Below are positions 57,477 through 64,000 of a stretch of DNA of 64,000 nucleotides, piece by piece. The stretch spans positions 175,655 to 239,654 of the forward strand of contig CASDUK010000003.1 of the NCBI GenBank assembly GCA_949283975.1, in the 5' to 3' direction. The notes under the pieces were generated by a model that saw only the letters and a list, made by a program, of their open reading frames with translations, had not been told where the DNA came from and did not search any database. Both the position numbers and the translations under genes were made by a program. This DNA is from an uncultured Bacillota bacterium. GTDB taxonomy: Bacteria; Bacillota; Clostridia; Christensenellales; UBA1242. Position 1 is the first letter of the stretch, and every line of letters begins with the position of its first letter.

Positions 57477-60400
57477 ATGAAGAAGAAGATTTTTAGTTTG
57501 GTTTTGTTAATTTTTGTTGCGGTTTGCGGCGGGGTTTTTGTTGCCTGCGGCGTAAGCGGGGACAACGCTTCAATTAGCCTTGTTTCCGGGCTTGACAGGC
57601 TTTCTTCCGCCGAAACCCTTTCTTCAATTTCAAACGAACTTGTTCTTTCGGAAACGGAAAGCAAAAACCTTCCTTTGGGAACGGGGTTAGACGGAAGCGT
57701 TTCTTCTTCAAACGCGCTAACGCTTGTTGTTGGAAGCGAAACAAACGCTTCAAGGCAGGTTAGCGTTGAGCTTTCCGGCTTTCCAGACGGAACAACGGCA
57801 ACTTTTTCTTCCGACTCGAAAAACATTTTAATTTCAGAAGTTTCCTACAGCGGGTCGCTTGCAACCGTTACCATAACGGCAACAAGTTCCGGAACGGCGG
57901 AGGTTTATGTTCAATCTGGACAATTTGGGAAGAAAACAAGCTTTGTTGTTAAGGCTGTTGAAAAATTGGAAAGTTTTTCTGTTAAAAAGGGCGCAACAAT
58001 CTTTTTAGAGCGCGGAAAGACGCTTTCAATTAACCCGGAGGATTATTTAAACTTCTATCCTTCTTCTGGGCTTAAAGACGTTGAATTCTATGACGGCGAT
58101 GTTCTTTTAACAGCTGGGGGAAGAACTGTTTTGTCAACCGAAGCGGGGGAGGGAGTTACGGGCGTAATTTCCGAAAGCAAGGAAATTGTTGTTAGGTCAA
58201 CGCGTCTTTCTGGCGGCGCAGCCGTTCAAACAATTTCTGTTGTTGTTGTTGAAAATCTTTCTTCGCTTTCGCTAAACAAAATGGTTTATGTTGTTGACGG
58301 GGCGGGCTACCAAAAGACATATCAACCTCTTGAAAACGGCGGAACATTAACGGTTATTAGAAACGTTTCGAACGGAGACATAAACTACGGCGTTAGAGAA
58401 ATCTTCGTTGTTGTTGATTGTTTTGAAGAAGATCTTTCAATTTCTGCCTCAACAAACCTTGAGGACGCAAACGTTTTAATTGTTCCAACGGCAATTAAAA
58501 AAATTACCCAAGAAAAATACAAAGAGTGCAAGTTTTCAAACCTTGTTGACACTTCGCGCGAAGAGTTTTCAACCTGGGTTTTCAAATTTGAAATTAAATA
58601 TGAGGGATATTCAAGCTATCAAATAACCTTCAATTTCCAAGCGGAAGGCTATCAATATTCCGAAAGTCTTTCTGTTAACGCGGAGTTTAAAAGCGCGTCG
58701 AATGTTGTTGAACTTGTTAAAGCGGGAAGCGAGGAGCAAGAAGACGTTTACACGATTTATGACAGCTATGTTGGCCAAAACGGAACAAGATTTGTTATTT
58801 CAACCAACCAAAGCGACGAATTTTCGCGCGCAAATTTAAGCCTTGTTTTTGGAAGCGATTCTGTTTCTAACTTTGTTCTCTATGACGCAGTTGGAAACAT
58901 TAAGCAAAACAACAACGGGGAATATTCCTTCTCAAGCGGCGAAAATTTCTTTATTAAATCTGTTACCGGAAGCGCAAGAACAGAACCATATGTTATTACG
59001 GCAAAAATTTCCTACACGTTTGAAAACGTTGACTTTGTTGTTGAAAGAGAAATTTCTCTTCTTTCTGTTAATGCACCAAACGACATAATGCTTTCGGACG
59101 GAAAGGGCAGCATTGAAAGCTATAATTTCGATTTAAACACCTCCGGCCAAATTGTTTCCGGAATTAACCAAACGGAAAGTTATTCTCAAAGGAACACGTT
59201 GACGCTTTATGTTAGCGGACTTGTTGGCGCTGCGCTAATTGGCGACATTACAGATTTTGTAATTACCAACACATCCGGAATTTTACAGGCAACAAAGGAG
59301 GGGAACACAATTGTTCTAACCGCTCTTTCAACCGGCTCTGGCGAAATTACGGTTACAATTGGAAACGGAGTTTCAAAAGTTTTCAGATTTAATATTGTCA
59401 ACAGCGTTGGCGAAGCTTCTGCCTTCATTCCATCTTCCGACCAAAACCAAAACATTATTGCGCTTTTAACGAACTATCAAAACGGAGAAAATGTTTATGA
59501 CCAATATGCAATTGTTAAAAATTCTTCTTCAATTCCGCTAATTTTAGATTATTTTGGCGAAATTAACAGCGTTTCTGTTGAAAGTTTGGACGGAAACACA
59601 ACCTATTCAAACGGACTTTTAACATTTGTTAACACCTTCGACAAACAAGAGATTTCAGTTAGCATAACCTTTGATTACATAAATTCAAACGGGGAAATTG
59701 AAGAAAGAACTGTTTTAGTTCAAAGAATTTTGTTCACTTCAATTATTGAGGTTGAAGCTTTTAATCTTTCAACCGACAAGGGCTCTAACACCTTCAATCT
59801 CTATGACTATTCAACCGTTGGCTACTATTCAAGCAACCTAGCAACCGCCTATGTAACTCTTAACATTCTTCCTTCCGAAATTCAAGCAGACATCTTGAAA
59901 AGTGTTGTTTGGGAAACCAACATTGAGGGCGCAATAATTGAAAAAGAAGGCGATTTAACCAAGATTGTTACAAGTGCGTTTGAGTTTACGTTCTATCACG
60001 GCGGGGCAAACGCTGGAACGGGTGTTTTTATTTGTAATGTTAAAGATGAAAGCCTTTATGACCAAAACGGAAATTTTGTTCCGGGAAGAATTATCCTTTC
60101 TGCAAGCTACTCGCGCGCGGGGGAGGGAAACGAAGAGGTTGGAGTTTTCTTCCAAACTCTTCAAATTGGCGTTAGACGCGCAAAGCGAATTGAGGTTATT
60201 GACGCCTCTCAGTCCTCAATTAATTTAGACCCATACACAAGTCCGGTTAAGATTAATGTTGAATCTTTTCCGCTTGATGCAACAAATTCTAGATTAAACT
60301 ATCTTTTTATTCCAAACAGTGACACAATTTCGGCAGACACCGTTGAAATTACATACACAAACAACGAGGCAACAATTTCGCTAAAGAAATTTGACGTTGC

Positions 60401-63400
60401 GGGCAACGCAACGCTTAGAATTATTGCCTATGACAGCTATTCAACAGCTGGGGTTTTTACGACATATTTAGACATTCCAATTAACATTGCAAACGGAAGC
60501 AAAGAAAACCCATATGTTATTTCAACGCCTAGCGATGTTAATAAAATGATTGACACAAATTTTGCATATTACTACAAAGTTGTTGGAACAATTGACATAA
60601 CCAGTTTAAATTGGGAATATGGCAAATATGTTTTAACAGGTGGGATTACAAGCGATGAAGGCGCAACGATTTCTGGATTTAATATTAACAGTTTCGCGAC
60701 GGAAGGGAATTCATATTATTCGGGAATCTTTAAGGAAATTTCTGAAGACAGCACAATTGAAAATGTTTCTTTTGAAACGAGCTTTAACCTTGATTTCACA
60801 AACAGCCAGGAGGTTACAGACCAATCTTCTGGATATATTGGCGCGCTTGCGGCAATTAACAAGGGAACAATTAAAAATTGCTATGTGAAAATTGATGGCG
60901 GAGAAATTAAAGGCAAAGGTTCTTTATATTTCTATTTTGGCGGCGTGGTTGGCCAAAACAACGGAAAAATCTTAACTGAAATAACCTCAAACTCTGCGTT
61001 CACAAATCTTGTTGCTTATAAGAAAAGCTTGCGCTTTAACTTGGGCGCGGGTTTAACAACACTTTATATTGGCGGAGCAATTGGAGAAAATGCAAACGAC
61101 GGAGCACTTGAAAGAACCGTTGAAGAAGGAAGTGTTGAGTTTAACAATGGTTTTGTAACAGCAGATATAAACATAGGCATAGAGGTAAGCGTTTCAACAA
61201 ATTTAGAGAATGCTGTTGGCGGGGTTGTTGGCTTTAACAACGGAAAAATTTCGAATGTTTCTGCAATTGGCTTGCTTTCTTGCCCAAACCTAAATAATGT
61301 TGGAGGGCTTGTTGGCAAAAACGCTAAAACGTTAAGCGGCGGAAAAACCCAGGTTTATGTAGACGGGGGTAATAACGTTGGCGGCGCTGTTGGATATAAC
61401 AGCGGAAAAATTAGTTCTGTTAAAGTTGAAAACATTTATTTGGCTGGGCAAGGGATAACAATAATTTCTGGAACAAAAAATGTTGGCGGAATTGTTGGGA
61501 ACATGGCCGGCGGAAGTTTAACTTCTTCATCGTTTATTTCCTATTACACATCTTCACAATCAACAGGCTATGACCTTGTTGGCGAAACCAATGTTGGAAG
61601 AATTGTTGGAACATACGAAAGCGAAACAAGCGAAACAATTATTATTGATTATGTTGTTGCAATTGCAAAAATTGGCGCAACAGATTCAACGTTTACTTCT
61701 GACAACTATGCAATTTATGACAGAGGAGAGGAAACTGGAACTGTTTATGTTGGCGGAACAGAAGCCTCTCTCAGCCCAACCGAGCTAAAAGAAACTGAGG
61801 GCTTTAATTTCATTTTCCTTCCAACGGGAGAAATTTCAATTGACATTTCAGATGAAGAAGGAAATTGGGAAGGAATTGGCGGAAAGCTTGAAAGTGCAAC
61901 AGAGGAAGGGTTCTACTTATATTACTATTCCTCTACAGACGAAGAGGTTATGAATATTGTTGGGTTAAATTCCGCTTCGCTTTCAAAAATTTTAACAAGC
62001 ACTTTGGGCGAAAGCTACATGGTTGAATCCTTGAACACATCAATTTTAACAATAGAAGGCGGAAATTTATTAATTAGAGGCGTTGGAAACGCTCAAATTA
62101 AAATTACATCTCCATATGTTGCTGGGGAAGAGTTAATTTTGTATGTAAAAATTGTTAACTATGCAAACAACATTCAAGGATATTTAGATCAAAACAAGAA
62201 CGTTGAAATTGAAAATAGTTTAACCCTAGATGCAACCGACCCAACTGCGCTTTACTTTGATTTCTTAGACAAATTTAACATAGATGGCTTTGCAACGCCA
62301 TATGACGTTGAACTTCTCTTTGTTGCCAAAGGGGAGCAGATTTGGTTAATAACAACCGAAGGCGTAATTAATTCAACTAGCGGCGAAGTGCCATTTAGCA
62401 TTGTTAAAAACAGCTATAATAATTATCAACTTGTTCCAAAAGGAAAGGAGTTTAAAGGGCTTTCAGTTTCAATTGTTCCATATTTCTCTTATATAGTTGA
62501 TGGAAACACATTATATTCATTTACTTATAACACAAAAATTCAGTCATTTGTTGATTTTTCAGATTTCATTGGCGAAACGCTTAAAAGAAACCCTCTTTTA
62601 ACCGTTAACAGCCAGCTTATATTTAACTTAAATCTTGAAAACCAAACAAAAAGCATAAATCTTTCTAAGAGTTCAATTGAAACAGAGCCATACTATGTTG
62701 TTGATGTTGACTATGTTTTAAACACAACAAAAGCAGACGAAACAGTTACAGTTAGCGTTTTTGATTTGAACGGAAACCTTGTTTCTGGCCAAGTTGGCCT
62801 TTCAACCAGTGCAACAAAAACATTTGACTACAACGGAAAAATTACAATTAAATACGCAAGCTCTGGAACAATCTATTTTAGAATGAATGATTCTGCTCGC
62901 CAGTTTGAAACGCCAAAACAATTTAAAATTGAGCTGAAAAGTTCAAACGGAAAAACCGCATATTTAATCTTAACCTATCAACCCCAAGAAGTTCTTTCTG
63001 TTTCAACAGAACTTTTCCCTCTTCAATCAATTGATGACGAGCCATACAACTTTAATGGAACATTCTCATACATTCCAAGCGGAATTTTAATTCCTGGGCA
63101 AAATTCGCTAATTGAATTTAAAATTACGCCAAGTTTCACATATTTTGAAACAATTGAAATCTTAAATGTTCAAACAAACCAATATAACCTTGTTTTTGAC
63201 CTCTACGACAGAACAAGCGGGGCAATTGTTGGAGGAACATCAATTGATGGGGGAATTTCAATTTCAAAAGATGAAATTGAAAATGGGTTCTTCAGTTTGA
63301 GAACCTTTGCAGATCAAAGGCTTGAAGATAACTCATATGTTGGGATAATTTTAATTTTCAAAGATTCCAGCGGAAATCAAATTGGCCAAAGCTATGTTAA

Positions 63401-64000
63401 AGAATTTTATGTTGAACATCTTCCGGGAGTTGTTTTAACGGTTGACGGCGTTTCAAGCGGCTCAATCGATAACAGTGAAAACAACCCTCTTAAATTGGCT
63501 AATGGCGTAAGCTATGAGCTTGGTGTTTCTGTTAAGGGTTATTCTTCTGGGACATTCAGCGGAAGTGACGGCCTTTACACAGACGGGCAAATTGTCTTTG
63601 AACTTTCTGGGAACACGGGTTTAATTTCAATAATAAAAAATTCAGACGGAAGTTATGTTCTTCAAGTTAACGACAGCGTTTTAACAAACACAACCGAAAG
63701 GAAAGTTGCAATTAAATCCTATGGAATAAACGAAAGAGGAGAGAGAAGCAGAGAGGTTACGCTCTATCTTGAAATTGTAAAGTTTGTTGTTAAAGCTCCA
63801 AGCGACCCGGGGGATATTATCAGCGGGGTTGTTGACGATGTTTATGCCTCGGCAACGGGAAATTCCTATACTCTTGAAATTTCGCTAAATTCGGATATAT
63901 TAATTTATAATCGAAACAACCCAGAAACAAGGCAGGCTGTTTTAACCTTTTTAGCTTCGCTTTCAACGGGCTATGTGGGTGAATCTGATGGAGAACCGCT
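57477..64000 (+). CDS. second giant GLUG-motif lipoprotein, 3' end outside the window (more than 2174 aa)
   Basis: It is absent from the ORF track because no stop is reached. The ATG at 57477 follows AGAGGAAAAAG. The lipobox is in MKKKIFSLVLLIFVAVCGGVFVAC. I checked the frame by hand at 58380, 60939 (GGVVGQNNGKI) and 63930-64000 and it stays open. GLUG motifs include GGVVGFNNGKISNV, GGLVGKNAKT and GGAVGYNSGKISSV. Confidence 0.8.
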   Translation, partial: MKKKIFSLVLLIFVAVCGGVFVACGVSGDNASISLVSGLDRLSSAETLSSISNELVLSETESKNLPLGTGLDGSVSSSNALTLVVGSETNASRQVSVELSGFPDGTTATFSSDSKNILISEVSYSGSLATVTITATSSGTAEVYVQSGQFGKKTSFVVKAVEKLESFSVKKGATIFLERGKTLSINPEDYLNFYPSSGLKDVEFYDGDVLLTAGGRTVLSTEAGEGVTGVISESKEIVVRSTRLSGGAAVQTISVVVVENLSSLSLNKMVYVVDGAGYQKTYQPLENGGTLTVIRNVSNGDINYGVREIFVVVDCFEEDLSISASTNLEDANVLIVPTAIKKITQEKYKECKFSNLVDTSREEFSTWVFKFEIKYEGYSSYQITFNFQAEGYQYSESLSVNAEFKSASNVVELVKAGSEEQEDVYTIYDSYVGQNGTRFVISTNQSDEFSRANLSLVFGSDSVSNFVLYDAVGNIKQNNNGEYSFSSGENFFIKSVTGSARTEPYVITAKISYTFENVDFVVEREISLLSVNAPNDIMLSDGKGSIESYNFDLNTSGQIVSGINQTESYSQRNTLTLYVSGLVGAALIGDITDFVITNTSGILQATKEGNTIVLTALSTGSGEITVTIGNGVSKVFRFNIVNSVGEASAFIPSSDQNQNIIALLTNYQNGENVYDQYAIVKNSSSIPLILDYFGEINSVSVESLDGNTTYSNGLLTFVNTFDKQEISVSITFDYINSNGEIEERTVLVQRILFTSIIEVEAFNLSTDKGSNTFNLYDYSTVGYYSSNLATAYVTLNILPSEIQADILKSVVWETNIEGAIIEKEGDLTKIVTSAFEFTFYHGGANAGTGVFICNVKDESLYDQNGNFVPGRIILSASYSRAGEGNEEVGVFFQTLQIGVRRAKRIEVIDASQSSINLDPYTSPVKINVESFPLDATNSRLNYLFIPNSDTISADTVEITYTNNEATISLKKFDVAGNATLRIIAYDSYSTAGVFTTYLDIPINIANGSKENPYVISTPSDVNKMIDTNFAYYYKVVGTIDITSLNWEYGKYVLTGGITSDEGATISGFNINSFATEGNSYYSGIFKEISEDSTIENVSFETSFNLDFTNSQEVTDQSSGYIGALAAINKGTIKNCYVKIDGGEIKGKGSLYFYFGGVVGQNNGKILTEITSNSAFTNLVAYKKSLRFNLGAGLTTLYIGGAIGENANDGALERTVEEGSVEFNNGFVTADINIGIEVSVSTNLENAVGGVVGFNNGKISNVSAIGLLSCPNLNNVGGLVGKNAKTLSGGKTQVYVDGGNNVGGAVGYNSGKISSVKVENIYLAGQGITIISGTKNVGGIVGNMAGGSLTSSSFISYYTSSQSTGYDLVGETNVGRIVGTYESETSETIIIDYVVAIAKIGATDSTFTSDNYAIYDRGEETGTVYVGGTEASLSPTELKETEGFNFIFLPTGEISIDISDEEGNWEGIGGKLESATEEGFYLYYYSSTDEEVMNIVGLNSASLSKILTSTLGESYMVESLNTSILTIEGGNLLIRGVGNAQIKITSPYVAGEELILYVKIVNYANNIQGYLDQNKNVEIENSLTLDATDPTALYFDFLDKFNIDGFATPYDVELLFVAKGEQIWLITTEGVINSTSGEVPFSIVKNSYNNYQLVPKGKEFKGLSVSIVPYFSYIVDGNTLYSFTYNTKIQSFVDFSDFIGETLKRNPLLTVNSQLIFNLNLENQTKSINLSKSSIETEPYYVVDVDYVLNTTKADETVTVSVFDLNGNLVSGQVGLSTSATKTFDYNGKITIKYASSGTIYFRMNDSARQFETPKQFKIELKSSNGKTAYLILTYQPQEVLSVSTELFPLQSIDDEPYNFNGTFSYIPSGILIPGQNSLIEFKITPSFTYFETIEILNVQTNQYNLVFDLYDRTSGAIVGGTSIDGGISISKDEIENGFFSLRTFADQRLEDNSYVGIILIFKDSSGNQIGQSYVKEFYVEHLPGVVLTVDGVSSGSIDNSENNPLKLANGVSYELGVSVKGYSSGTFSGSDGLYTDGQIVFELSGNTGLISIIKNSDGSYVLQVNDSVLTNTTERKVAIKSYGINERGERSREVTLYLEIVKFVVKAPSDPGDIISGVVDDVYASATGNSYTLEISLNSDILIYNRNNPETRQAVLTFLASLSTGYVGESDGEP

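Overview
The window looks like a chromosomal segment from a low-GC, endospore-forming Firmicute using the standard genetic code. The conserved backbone holds sporulation and germination genes: a gerA-type A/B/C receptor operon, sleB-ypeB and spoIIR. It also holds housekeeping genes: dinB, tRNA-Arg(ACG), valS, cca, a gyrB/gyrA pair with a small MazG-like gene between them, and a ttcA-like gene. Four accessory or unusual regions stand out. (1) A decayed RHS locus at about 3.0-4.6 kb has a 5'-truncated YD-repeat toxin tip with a glycine-zipper C-terminus, a small membrane immunity candidate, and a further YD-repeat scrap. (2) A very AT-rich island of about 7.1 kb lies directly after tRNA-Arg. It is bounded by a 184-bp direct repeat that includes the 3' 45 nt of the tRNA, and no integrase is visible. 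Its cargo is one tightly overlapping nine-gene operon made entirely of nucleotide-chemistry domains: HD 5'-deoxynucleotidase-like, NT5C-like, a large radical SAM enzyme with CX5CX2C spacing, an Asp/Glu-racemase fold, HhH-GPD glycosylase-like, Tmk-like, a PfkB plus P-loop kinase fusion, MazG-like, and a 65-aa ORF. I rate this the best candidate for an undescribed system, either synthesis of a modified deoxynucleotide or remodelling of the dNTP pool. (3) Immediately downstream, a second cassette reuses the same non-coding scaffold around an ABC-F ATPase that may be an antibiotic-resistance (ARE) type. (4) Two adjacent giant lipoprotein genes rich in GLUG-type motifs run to the window edge, one of 6471 aa and one of more than 2174 aa. 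Smaller observations are a (G)12 tract inside a promoter spacer upstream of a secreted protein, and a 1132-aa coiled-coil membrane protein with 54-bp tandem repeats. All functional calls come from motif reading by eye; no database search was possible.
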